Source: Pristiophorus japonicus
Lineage: Eukaryota
NCBI RefSeq assembly: GCF_044704955.1
Contig: NC_092006.1
Span: forward strand, 5,828,001-5,892,000
Reading direction: 5' to 3'
DNA length: 64,000 bases
The position numbers and the translations under genes were made by a program. Below the pieces are notes generated by a model. That model made no database searches. It worked only from the letters and a program-made list of their open reading frames with translations, and was not told the DNA's origin. Positions 1-12,900 of this stretch are shown piece by piece (within the stretch, counting starts at the first letter, position 1; every line of letters begins with the position of its first letter).

Positions 1-54
1 AACACTGTAATCATTGTTACCGTTCGCCGAGGTGTTCAATCAAACTATTAGAAA

Positions 55-770
55 GAAAGAAAGACTTGCATTTACATAGCGCCTTTCACGATCAAAGGAC
101 ATCTCAAAGCGCTTCACAGCTAATGAAGTACTTTTGGGGTGCAGTCACTGTTGTAATGTGGGAAACGCAGCAGCCAATTTGCGCACAGCAAGCTCCCACA
201 CACAGCAATGTGATAATGACCCAGATCATCTGTTTTAGTGATGTTGGTTGAGGGATAAATATTGGCCCCAGGACACCGGGGAGAACTCCCCCTGCTCTTC
301 TTCCAATAGTGGCCGTGGGATCTTTTACATACGGGGCCTCGGTTTAATGTCTCATCTGAAAGAGGGCACCTCCGACAGTGCGGCGCTCCCTCAGTACCGC
401 CCCTCCAACAGTGCGGCGCTCCCTCAGAACTGCCCCACCGACAGTGTGGCGCTCCCTCAGTACTGCCCCTCCGACAGTGCAGCGCTCCCTCAGTACCGCC
501 CCTCCGACAGTGCGGCGCTCCCTCGGTACTGCCCCTCCGACAGTGCGGCGCTCCCTCAGAACTGCCCCTCTGACAGTGCGGCGCTCCCTCTGCACTGCCC
601 CGCCGACAGTGCGGCGCTCCCTCAGTACTGCCCCTCCGACAGTGTGGCACTCCCTCTGCACTGCACTGGAGTGTCAGCCTGGATTTACGTGCTCAAGTCC
701 CTGGAGTGGGACTCGAACCCACAACCTTCTGACTCGGAGGCGAGGGTGCTGCCCACTGAGCCACATTGGT
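55..770 (-). mobile_element. tRNA-derived Deu-type SINE with internal 33-bp tandem array
   Basis: tRNA-like head (ggttcgagtccc B box), central gatccc..ggggagttctccccggtgtcctgg domain, ~9 units of gacagtgcggcgctccctcagtactgcccctcc. Confidence 0.8.
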
Positions 771-1684
771 AAATAGTGAATTCTTCCTGTGGATCGAGTG
801 AATTCAGAAGAATAAACACGGTTGTCTCTGCCGTTATTTATGCAATAGGTTCAGTCAGTGGAAACCTACGCAATGGGCCTTAACAGAAAGGAGGGCAGTG
901 CATGATATATTTTTAAATAGTAGGACTGATTTAAGAAAGGATTTGGATTCATTCAGCTTCTATCTGAGTGCAATGAACGAAGGTGTCTCACCGATTAGAT
1001 TTCCGCGTGCATCTTGTGTCCTAGGGAGCAACAGACCAGTAACTAACACATTACATGCAGCGCGGTCTGGTCCCCTGCAAGTAAGCTGTAGCAAGAATGT
1101 GTCACAACCTCTTTGCAGAATAAACTATAATGACCACTTTCGGATAACACAGCGAGCTTTCACCTCCCAAACCCACGGCTTCCACCACCTAGAAGGACAA
1201 GGGCCGCAGGCGCATGGGAACACCACCACCTCCAAGTCCCACACATAGAATCAGGGAAGGGTTACAGCACAGAGTCCGGCCATTTGTCCCGTTGAGCCCG
1301 TGCCGGCTCTCTGCAAGAGCACCTCAGCCAGTCCCACTCCCCCGCCCTTTCCCCCGTACCCTTGCAAATGTTGTTTCCTTCAGGTAATTATCCAACTCCC
1401 TTTTGAAAGCCACGTTTGAGTCTGCCTCTATCACCCTCTCAGGCAATATATTCCAGACCCTAACCACTCGCTGCTGAAAAATAGTTTTTCCTCATTTCGC
1501 CTTTGCTTCTTCTGCCTTAAATCCGTGTCCTCTGCTTCTCCACCCTTCTCCCAACGGGAACAGTTCCTCTCTGTCTGGACCCCTCACGATTTGGCCATCC
1601 TGACTTGGGCATAGGTCATTGGGTCACAATCCCGGCACTCCATCCCTAACAGCACTGTTAGGAGCACCTTCACCACAGCGGACT

Positions 1685-3358
1685 GTCGAACTCGTTTGGC
1701 AGAACGTCTCATCGCCAGAGCTGTCACACAAGCACCAAGACGTAGCTTGGTTGGCGGTGAGGAGGGCCTTACCCGTCAGAGCCTTCATGCACAGCCGACG
1801 TCCCAGCAACTCGGCACGGTGCCCCCTTCGGGATTGCGCCTTCGCAAGGCAGGTTTGGAAAGAGATGCAGTGGTTGCTGTCGAGGTTCATCCCGAGCAGC
1901 TCCGTAACACAGGACCCTGTGCTCTAGGGGCTGTTCCCAGGGACACACACCCAGACATCACCTGCTGCTGGAGGGCCATCAACTCAGTCAAAGACGCTCT
2001 TCGGTCTTGCCGAGACTTGCTGGTCTTCCAGAGCAAGGAGATGTCCACGTCTGCGTGTTGCAGACTGGCGCAATCCACGATCCAGGATTACGTGCTGAGG
2101 GACGCACTTAAAATTGGTGCAGTCGCCGCGAAGGCACGGTGGGGAAGGGCCACAGTTTAAAACCCTTCTGTCACGGTAAACCCAGGGGCAGGAATCAGTA
2201 CAAAACTCCCCTCGGGTCGTACTTTTTTAAAATTTCGAAGTATACTTTATTCATATAAAAATCTGTACAGTACATTCAAAAGCAGTTCAGTACATTTAGC
2301 TGCGGTCAGCAATCCCATACACTACATTTGGGTGCTGACGGAAGTTCCGTTCGATACATTTCCTTGCTTTTCAGTTCAAGTACAATTCAGTACAATATGG
2401 GATACCTTGTAGTACATTCGACAAATTACATTACACGTGTCACTATACATTACACGGAATGGGTGACGGTACATTTACATTTTTTCTTTTCAACGTGCAT
2501 TACGAAACAGACCTTACATTGTACATGGTACTACATAGGTGTTTACAGATCATGGTGCTCCATGTACACAAAAAAGAAGTTATAAGTACGGCCCGAGGGG
2601 AGTTTTGTACTGATTCCTGCCCCCGGGTTTACCGTGTCAGAAGGGCTTTAAACTGCGGCCCTTCCCCACCATGCCTTTGCGGCGACTGCACCAATTTTAA
2701 GTGCGTCCCTCAGCACGTAATCCTGGATCGTGGATTGCGCCAGTCTGCAACACGCAGACGTGGACATCTCCTTGCTCTGGAAGACCAGCAAGTCTCGGCA
2801 AGACCAAAGAGCGTCTTTGACTGAGTTGATGACCCTCCAGCAGCAGGTGATGTCAGTCTCGGTGTGTGTCCCTGGGAACAGCCCGTAGAGCACAGAGTCC
2901 TGTGTTACGGAGCTGCTCGGGATGAACCTCGACAGCAACCACTGCATCTCTTTCCAAACCTGCCTTGCGAAGGGGCAATCCTGAAGGAGTTGGGTGACAG
3001 TCTCGGGCTGTACTTGTTAATCTGCTTGTATACATAGAGCACCATGTACTGACAAACACCTGTGTTTGTGCCATGTACAATGCAAGTCTCTGCACTGTTT
3101 AGTAACTTGTAAAGAAATGTAAATGTATTCTCACCCCGTTCCGTGCACTGCTTTCAACTGCACAGCGCTACATGTAACATGATTTACGGATTGTACTAAA
3201 CCGTACCTTGAAATGAAATGCACTCGAGTGCATTGTACGGAACTGCTGTCAGCATCCAAACGAATTGCATGGAATTGCTGGCCACAAGTTGCTGAACTAT
3301 TTTCCAATGTATTGTGAACATTTTATATGAATAAAGTATATTTTTGGAAAACAAAAAC
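1685..3358 (+). mobile_element. Tx1/L1-clade non-LTR retrotransposon 3' fragment with nested inverted copy (2225-3008)
   Basis: C-terminal ORF2-like peptide, AT-rich 3' UTR with AATAAA and A-rich tail, flanking cggactg duplication. Confidence 0.7.
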
Positions 3359-3740
3359 ACGGACTGCAGCGGTTCAAGAAGGCGGCTCACCACCACCTTC
3401 TCAAGGGGCGATTGGGGATAGGCAATAAATGCCGGCCTGGCCAGCGACGCCCAGATCCTGTGAACGAATCAAACACAATTCTAAACTTTTAACTGCCAAA
3501 ATTAATAGTCAGAACAGTGTAAAATGTGCACACCCATACCGTAATCTTTCCGCCATGCTCTCCGAACGACAATGCAGCAAAGCTCTTCGCGTCCACTCTG
3601 CAACTCGCACTAGCCTGGCCACTGTGACGCACAGACGCTGGCCACATCTCAAGTGCATGAAGGATGGGATTGCTCAGGGCACGGCACCCAAAAGGCTTAG
3701 GTCGTAATAGTTTCCACTGCATCTGAAGGGGCTGCAACCG

Positions 3741-3742
<2 letters not shown>

Positions 3743-3772
<30 letters not shown>
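3743..3772. repeat. (TG)n microsatellite upstream of the gene 1 ATG
   Basis: Direct observation. Confidence 0.95.
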
Positions 3773-3773
<1 letters not shown>

Positions 3774-3853
3774 ACGGAACATTTGTCGCCCTCTCCGACT
3801 GTAGAATGTTCTGAGCGAGCACGGGAATAGCTGAGTGTGCCCCCGGCCCCAGG

Positions 3854-3911
3854 ATGTTGCTGGAAGCGTTTCCCCTGATCCTCACACTCCACCACGTGTG
3901 TTGGAATTACG
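3854..3911 (+). CDS. Gene 1 exon 1, signal peptide (MLLEAFPLILTLHHVCWNY)
   Basis: aggATG start, hydrophobic 19 codons, phase-1 donor G|gtgagt. Confidence 0.7.
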
Positions 3912-6900
3912 GTGAGTGACCCGTGCTTGGGACTAGCCAAAAACGGGAAACAAGGGGACTGTGTTTGCGGAGTTGAAAATGTGACCCAGCTTTTGCCCCG
4001 ATATTTTCGCCCCCTCTCCCTATCTCTGTAACCTCCTTCAGTCCTGCAACCCTCCCTATCTCTGTAACCTCCTTCAGCCCTGCAACCCTCCCTATCACTG
4101 TAACCCCCTCCAGCCCCTCCAACCCTCCCTATCTCTGTAACCCCCTCCAGTCCCTACACCCCTCCCTATCTCTGTAACCCCCTCCAGCCCCTACAACCCT
4201 CCCTATCTCTGTAACGCCCTCCAGCCCCTACAACCCTCCCTATCTTTGTAACGCCCTCCAGCCCCTACACCTCTCCCTATCTCTGTAACCCCCTCCAGCC
4301 CCTACACCCGTCCCTATCTTTGTAGCCCCCTCCAGCCCCTACAACCCTCCCTATCTCTGTCACCTCCTCTAGCACCTACACCCCTCCCTATCTCTGTAAC
4401 CCCCTCCAACCCCTGCAACCCTCCCTATCTCTGTAACCCCCTCCAGCCCCTGCAACCCTCCCTATCTCTGTAACCTCCTCCAGCCCTCCAAACCCCCCGA
4501 GATCTCTGCGCTCCCCAATTCTCTTGAACAACCCCAATTGTAATGACTCAACCATCGGTGGCCGTGCCTTCAGCTGCCTGGGCCCCAAGCTCTGAAACTC
4601 CCTCCCTAAACCTCTCCGCCTCTCTCTCCTCCTTTAAGACGCTCCTTAAAACCGACTTCTTTGTCCCAGCTTTTGATCATTACCTAATATCTCATTTTGT
4701 GACTCGATGTCAAATTTCCGTGAAGCGTCTTGGGACATTCAATTACGTTGAAGGCGCTTTATAAAAGATATTTTGTTGTTGATAATGTTGGTTTACTTTC
4801 AGGTCCTTCTATAAGGCTAAGCAAAGGCAAAGTAGAGAATAGGTCCAATCTGCCATAACTAAAGGCAATAATGCCGCTGGTCTTAAGTTACAGGCGATGG
4901 GTTTGAAAGTGGCCTCTCTCCATCTCTCAAAAATCAACATGAAGAAATTGTATTTATATAGCGCCTTTAATGTAGTGTCCTGGGGCCAATATTTATCCCT
5001 CAACCAACATCGCTAAAACAGATGATTTGGGTCATTATCAAATTGCTGTGTGTGGGAGCTTGCTGTGCGCAAATTGGCTGCCGCGTTTCCCACATTACAA
5101 CAGTGAGCACACTCCAAAAAAAGGGCTTCATTGGCCGTAAAGCGTTTTGAGACGGCCGGTGGTCGTGAAAGGCGCTATATAAATCCAAGTCTTTCTTTCT
5201 TTTTAGTAAAACGCTTCACAGGAGAATTATTTTTAAAAATTTGACCCCGAGCCACATGAGGAGATATTAGGGACAGGTGACCAAAAGCTGGGTCAAAGAG
5301 ATCGGTTTGAAGGAGCGTCTTAAAGAAGGAGAGCGAGGCGGAGAGGTTTAGGGAGGGAGTTCCAGAACTTGGGGCCCAGGCAGCTGAAGGCACGGCCACC
5401 GATGGTGGAGCGATGGAAATCAGGGGATGGGCAAGAGGGCAGAATTGGAGGAGTGCAGAGATCTCGGAGGGTCGTGGGGGCTGAAGAAGGTTACAGAGTT
5501 AGGGAGGGGTGTATGGGTTAGAGGAGGTTAAGAGATAGGGAGGAGTGTAGGGGCTGGAGAGGGTTACAGAGATCGGGAGGAGTGTAGGGGCTGGAGGGGG
5601 GTTACAGAGATAGGGAGGGAAATAGTGGCTGGAGGGGGTTACAGAGATAGGGAACGGTTTAGGGGCTGGTGGAGGTTACAGAGATAGGGAGGGGTGTAGG
5701 AGCTGGAGGAGGTTACAGAGATAGGGAGGGGTGTAGGGGCTGGAGGAGGTTACAGAGATTGGGAGGGAAATAGTGGCTGGAGGGGGTTACAGAGAAAGGG
5801 AACGGTTTAGGGGCTGGTGGAGGTTACAGAGATAGGGAGGGGTGTAGGAGCTGGAGGAGGTTACAGAGATAGGGAGGGGTGTAGGGGCTGAAGGAGGTTA
5901 CAGAGATTGGGAGGGGTGTAGGGGCTGGAGGAGGTTACAGAGATTGGGAGGGGTGTAGGGGCTGGAGTGATTTACAGAGATAGGAAGGGGTGGAGGGGCT
6001 GGAAGGGATTACAGAGATAGGGAGCGGTTTAGGGGCTGGAGGGGGTTACAGAGATAGGGAGGGGTGTATGGGTTAGAGGAGGTTAAGAAATTGGGAGGGG
6101 TGTAGGGGCTGGAGGAGGTTACAGAGATTGGGAGGGGTGTAGGGGCTGGAGGAGGTTACAGAGATAGGGAGGGGTGTAGGGGCTGGAGGGGGTTACAGAG
6201 ATAGGAAGGGGTGTAGGGGCTGGAGGGGATTACAGAAATAGGGAGTGGATTAGGGGCTGGAGGAGGTTACAGAGATAGGGAGGGGTGTAGGGGCTGGAGG
6301 AGATTACAGAGATAGGGAGGGGTGTAGGGGCAGGAGGTTACAGAGATAGGGAAGGTGTGTAGGGGCTGGAGGAGGTTACAGAGATAGGAAGGTGTGTAGG
6401 GGCTGGAGGGGATTACAGAAATAGGGAGGGGTTTAGGGGCTGGAGGGGGTTACAGAGATAGGGAGGGGTGTAGGAGCTGGAAGAGATTACAGAGATAGGG
6501 AGGGGTGTAGGGGCTGGAGGTTACAGAGATAGGAAGGGGTGTAGGGGCTGGAGGAGGTTACAGAGATAGGGAGGGGTGTAGGGGCTGGACGAGGTGACAG
6601 AGATAGGGAGGGGTGTAGAACTGGAGGAGGTGACAGAGCTCGGGAGGGGGCGCGGCCATGGGGGGGATTTAAACACAGGATGTGAATTTTGAAATCGGGG
6701 CGTTGTTTAACCAGGAGCCAGTGTGGGTCAGCGAGCACAGGGGGCGATGGGTGAGCGGGACTGGCTGCGAGTTGGGACACAGGTCGGGGCTGCAGAAGTG
6801 TGGGATGAACTGGCGTTGAAGGCGCGGGGGTTGGAGCGGACAAACCGTCTCTAATGGGACCCCCCCCCCTCTGTCCAGTCGCAGGATCTGAACCCTTCAC

Positions 6901-9900
6901 TGTGACGGCGGCAGCCGGGGAGACGGTGGAACTGGAATGCCGCCTGGATTACGAAGTGGAAATCGTGGACAGCTACTTCTGGTACAAGCAACTCGTGGGG
7001 GAAGCGCCCAAGTTGGTGCATATACCAGCCTGCCGTGGAACCGTCTGCAAGTTTACTTCGAAGAGACGGCGCAACAAATATATCCTGGTCCTGCAAATCC
7101 TGAAAGTGAACACTTCTGACGCCGCGTCCTACTCCTGTGCTGATAGGGATGGCTATGCTCCCCTTAGGAACGGTTCCTTGCTGCTGGTTGGAGGTAAGAA
7201 CAAAGCCCGATTGAATTCATCCCATGCACATGCGATTAAAATTGCATTAGCCAGAATTTAACTGTTTCTTCCATCTCCATCCCCACCCAGACAGTTCCAC
7301 GCCTAAGACCGATGTGCTGGTGTTTGTGACTCCAGGGGAGCCACCTGTGAGGGAAACCATCCCCTTGGTGTGTCTGGTGACCGGCGTGTCCTCCAGGCAA
7401 ATTGCCATTTACTGGAACGTGTCGGGACAGTTCGTCGCGGGACGGAGCGAGGTCGGCACCCTGGACCCCAACGGGACCTACAGCATCAGAAGCCACGTGA
7501 TGGTCGGGGCGGAGATCTGGAGCAACAGAGGGGTCTGCACTTGTATCGTCGAGCTGGGGTCGCCGGGCAAGTCTTGGAGCAAGAGCGTGTCCCGTCCCGA
7601 AGCGGCAACAGGTGAGTCATAGAAACATCGAAACATAGAAAATAGGGGCAGGAGCAGGCCATTCGGCCCTTCGAGCCTGCACCACCATTCAATATGATCA
7701 TGGCTGATCATGCAACTTCAGTACCCCATTCCTGCTTTCTCTCCATACCCCTTGATCCCTTTATCCGTAAGGGCCACATCTAACTCCCTTTTGAATATAT
7801 CCAACGAACTGGCCTCAACAACTTTCTGTGGTAGAGAATTCCACAGTTTCACAATTCTCTGAGTGAAGAAGTTTCTCCTCATCTCGGTCCTAAATGGCTT
7901 ACTCCTTATCCTTAGACTGTGACGGGGAGCTCGGTTGCGAACGTGTAACATCAGTTGGACTGGTTCTCTTGCCCCTATTAAGCAACTCCGCGGGTCAAAC
8001 ACAGAGAGATATCTATCAGGAGAAACAGTGCAGCCAGCCTATTGGGAAATACCTTGAAATAAGCCCACCCGTCCCAGGTCTTGTAAATAATTTCTCTGCT
8101 CTCGACTGCCCTTCGATTTCTGCCTGTCACCTTCGAATTATAGACTTACACAGCACAGAATCAGGGGTCACCCATTTAAGACAGAGATGAGGAGGAATTT
8201 CTGCACTCAGAAGGTTGTAAATCTGTGGAATTCACTGCCTCGGAGAGCTGTGGAAGAACATAATAACATAAGAAATAGGAGCAGGAGTCGGCCATTCGGT
8301 CCCTCGAGCCTGCTCCGCCATTTAATACGATCATGGCTGATCCGATCATGGACTCAGGTCCACTTCCCTGCCCGCCCCCTTAATCCCTTATCGATTAAGA
8401 AACTGTCTATCTCCGTCTTAAATATATTCAATGTCCCGGCTCTCTGAGGCAGCGAATTCCACAGATTTACAACCCTCTGAGAGAAGAAATTTCTCCTCAT
8501 CTCAGTTTTAAATGGATGGCCCCTTATTCTAAGATTATGCCCCCTAGTTCTAGTCTCCCCCATCAGTGGGGATCATTGAATAAATTTAAGACAGAGAGAG
8601 ACAGTTTCTTAGCCGATAAGGGACTAAGGGGGCGGGCAGGGAAGTGGAGCTGAGTCCATGATCGGATCAGCCATGATCTTATTGAATGGTGGAGCAGGCT
8701 CGAGGGGCCGAATGGCCGACTCCTGCTCCTATTTCTTATGTTCTCATGTATATTCTATATCGGGAGAAACAATGCAGTCTGTCTGTTAAAAAATATGTTG
8801 AAATAAGCTATGGTCACCCTCCAAACCAGGCCTTTTAAATATTTTCTCTGCTCTTGACTGCCCTTCGATTTCGGCGTGTCATCTTAGAATTATCGAATAC
8901 AGCACAGGAGTCGGCCATTCGGCCCCTCGAGCCTGCTCCATCATTCAATAAGATCACGGCTGATCTTCGACCTCAACTCCACAATCCTGCACTGTCCCCA
9001 CTTGGTTCCCCTCGAGTCCAAAAATCTATTACTCCCTGTCTCAACGACTGAGCCTCCATAGCCCTCTGGGGCAGAAAATTCCAAAGATTCACCACCCTCT
9101 GAGTGAAGAAATTCCTCCTCATCTCAGTCCTAAATGGCCGACCCCTTATCCTGAGACTGTGTGCCCCCTGGTTCTAGACTCCCCAGCCCGGGGGGAAACA
9201 TCCTCCCTGCATCTACCCTGTCGAGCCCTGTCAGAATGTTGTATGTTTCAATGAGATCACCTCTCATTCTTCCAAGCTAGGAGTTTACAACATAGAAACA
9301 TAGAAATTTACAGCGCAGAAGGAGGCCATTTCATCCCATCGTATCCACACCGGCCGACAAAGAGCCACACAGGCCTCGGTCAGCAGCCCTGAAGGTTACA
9401 TATAAACCTACGAACGATGAACAATGACGGAAAGGCAAAGAGCACCCAGCCCAACCAGTCCGCCCCACACAACTGCGACACCCCTTACACCGAAACATTC
9501 TACACTCCACCCCAACCATTGTCCAATTAGCCCCATTCCCCCAACCTTTTCCCCACAGTCCTGCAAAGTGTCACTCTCCAAGTATTTATCAAATTCCCTT
9601 TTGAAAGTTATTAATGAATCTGCTTCTACTGCCCGCCAGCGCGTCTTGGAATAATTTTAAGATTAAAATCTATTTTAATTTTAATTTTGACTTGTGGATA
9701 TCTGCAAATCAGACATATTACCCTCGGGTTGTGACACTTCAGCGAAATCGGGTTATCGTTCCAGTTTAAGGATAAGGGGTAAGCCATTTAGGACCGAGAT
9801 GAGGAGAAACTTCTTCACCCAGAGAGTGGTGAACCTGTGGAATTCTCTACCACAGGAAGTTGTTGAGGCCAGTTCGTTGGATATATTCAAAAGGGCGTTA

Positions 9901-12900
9901 GATGTGGCCCTTACGGCTAAAGGGATCAAGGGTTATGCAGAGAAAGCAGGAATGGGGTACTGAAGTTGCGTGATCAGCCATGATCATATTGAATGGTGGT
10001 GCAGGCTCGAAGGGCCGAATGGCCTACTCCTGCACGTATTTTCTATGTTTCTATGTTTACAGCTCATAAAAAATAAGGGTGGATGTACATAAATCTTTGA
10101 AGGTGACAGAACAAATTGAAATGGTTGTTAATAATACATACAGAATCCTTGGGTTTATTAATAGACTACAGAAGCAAGGAAGTTATGCCAGACGTATATA
10201 AAGACAACAGTTGGGTCACCGCTGGAGTACTGTGTCCAATTCTGGGCACTGCACTCTAGGAATGATGTCAAGGCCGTGGAGAGGGCGTGGAGGAGATTTA
10301 CGGGAATGGTCCTGCACTGGTACGCTCGCGGCCTTCCGCGAGAGGTGGGCACCGGAGGGACTGGAGTGCATCATCACCCCCCCGCCCCCGGCAGACAAAT
10401 TTTCATTTGAATTCAGTTGATGGCCAAAACCGAATTTGTTTTCTTGTCGATCTTAGTGCCCCCTCTAATAAGGGGGCATTTGATTTTCGATTGACTGTTT
10501 CAACTAAAATAGTTGCAGACCTGTTGATTGCGTCCTTAAAAAAGAGGGCACTTGATTTGAAAGTTTTACGCAAAATAGTTGAGGGACTTCAGTGAGGTGG
10601 AGAGACTTGAGAAACTGGGATTGTTCTCCTCAGGAGAAACTTCTTTACCCAGAGAACGGTGAGAATGTGGAACTCGCTGCCACAGGGAGGGGTTGAGGCT
10701 AATAGTATCGATGTATTTAAGGGGAGGCTGGATAAACACATGAGGGAGAAGGGAATAGAGGGATATGCTGATAGATTTAGATGAGGAAAGACGGCAGGAG
10801 GCTCGAGTGGGGCATAAACACCGGCACGGACTGGTTGGGCCCAATGGCCTGTTTCTGTTCCATATTGAGTAGACTGGGTCTTTACTCGTTGGAGTTCAGA
10901 AGGATGAGGGGTGATCTTATAGAAACATTTAAAATAATGAAAGGGAAAGACAAGATAGAGGCAGAGAGGTTGTTTCCACTGGTCGGGGAGACTAGAACTA
11001 GGGGGCTCAGCCTCAAAATACGGGGGAGCCAATTTAAAACCGAGTTGAGAAGGAATTTCTTCTCCCAGAGGGTTGTGAATCTGTGGAATTCTCTGCCCAA
11101 GGAAGCAGTTGAGGCTAGTTCATTGAATGTATACATACAGAATCCTTGGGTTTATTAATAGACTACAGAAGCAAGGAAGTTATGCCAGACGTATATAAAG
11201 ACAACAGTTGAGTGAGAATGGTCTGCTCCTGCACCTATTTTCTATGTTTCTATATAATCCTGTGTAATAGTGCAACTTATTCCATTGGCGAGCATTCACT
11301 CGTCCAATATTGGTCGCGTTGGTTGGTTTGTGGTTTCAAGTCACAGATAGATAGATTTTTAACCAATAAGGGAATTAAGGGTTACGGGGAGCGGGCGGGT
11401 AAGTGGACCTGAGTCCACGGCCAGATCAGCCATGATCTTGTTGAATGGCGGAACAGGCTCGAGGGGCTAGATGGCCTACTCCTGTTCCTAATTCTTATGT
11501 TCTTATGTTCTTATGTTCTTAGATCCGATGTAATCCTGTGTAATAGTGCAACTTATTCCGTGCTTGCTATTGAGGGAGTGCAGCGAAGGTTCATCAGTAT
11601 GATTCCCGGGACGGCAGGACTGACATATGAGGAGAGACTGGATCGACTGGGCTTATATTCCCTGGAATTTAGAAGAATGAGAGGGGATCTCATAGAAACA
11701 TATCAAATTCTGACGGGACTGGACAGGTTAGATGCAGGAAGAATGTTCCCGATGTTGAGGGAAGTCCAGAACCAGGGGTTACAGTCTAAGGATAAGGGGT
11801 AAGCCATTTAGGACCGAGATGAGGAGAAACTTCTTCACTCAGAGAATAGTGAACCTGTGGAATTCTCTACCACAAAGAGTTGTTGAGGCCAGTTCGTTAG
11901 ATATGTTCAAAAGGGAGTTAGATGTGGCCCTCATGGCTAAAGGGATCAAGGAGTATGGAGAGAAAGCAGGAAAGGGGTACTGAGGGAATGATCAGCCATG
12001 ATCTTATTGAATGGTGGTGCAGGCTCGAAGGGCTGAATGACCTGCTCCTGCACCTATTTTCTATGTTTCTATATAATCCTGTGTAATAGTGCAACTTATT
12101 CCATTGGCGAGCATTCACTCGTCCAATATTGGTCGCGTTGGCTGGTTTGTGGTTTCACAGCCCGCGTTGGATGCGCCTAAATTGTAACTGGGTCGCGTTT
12201 CTCACAAGTGAGTCGCAGAAAGAGTGGCTTGACCCAGCAACATTTTCTAAGTGTCCTGTCTTTGCAGACTGGTGTACACCGATCCTTCCGTTTGCAATTC
12301 GTGTCTCGGCGATCTTGGTTCTAGTACTGATCCTTATTATTCTGTGTCATCATAACTGCGGCAGACGAGGTGAGTGTTTATATCCGTCAAAAATATCTTT
12401 TATAAATGCTTGTTCAACGTGAGTCCCTTCTCGTATCTTTCGATACTAATTTACAGTGAACTGTTTCAGAAGGACGAGACAAGAGGCCCCGCCAGGAAAG
12501 GTGAGTAATTGAACTATTTGCAAAGTTGATCAATGAGAGTCTCGCTGGGTTTAACACCGCGTCAGAACCAGTTTAACCCCAACTCTGATTCCAGTGCCAG
12601 ATATTATTTGTGTTTTCCACGTTCTTTTTGAGTATGGTTCCAAGACCATTCCACAACTCTGTTCTCGGTATTTACGGCACGTGGCCACGGATTCACAGGA
12701 GGTAGAAAAGTAAAATACTGCGGATGCGAGCAATGTGACAGATACAGAGTTACAGACAGAGAGAGAGAGACAGACAGAGTCAGACAGACAGAGACAGCGA
12801 CACAGAGAGAGAGGCAGAGAGATAGAGAGACAGACAGAGAGAGACAGGGACAGGCAGAGACAGCGACACAGAGAGAGAGAGAGACAGCGACAGAGAGAGA

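Noticed and set aside
370-655. Heptamer-like (G/C)ACAGTG repeats as RSS
   Set aside because: Part of the SINE unit, with no nonamer at 12/23 spacing and no adjacent V or J.
5475-6645. Ig switch-like region
   Set aside because: The same array occurs in other L2-like remnants (55485-55810), is not AGCT-dense, and lies upstream of V rather than C.
10310-10420. GC-rich ~100-bp block with an inverted copy at ~60480-60580
   Set aside because: Most simply a dispersed unclassified repeat, with no link to the gene cluster visible.
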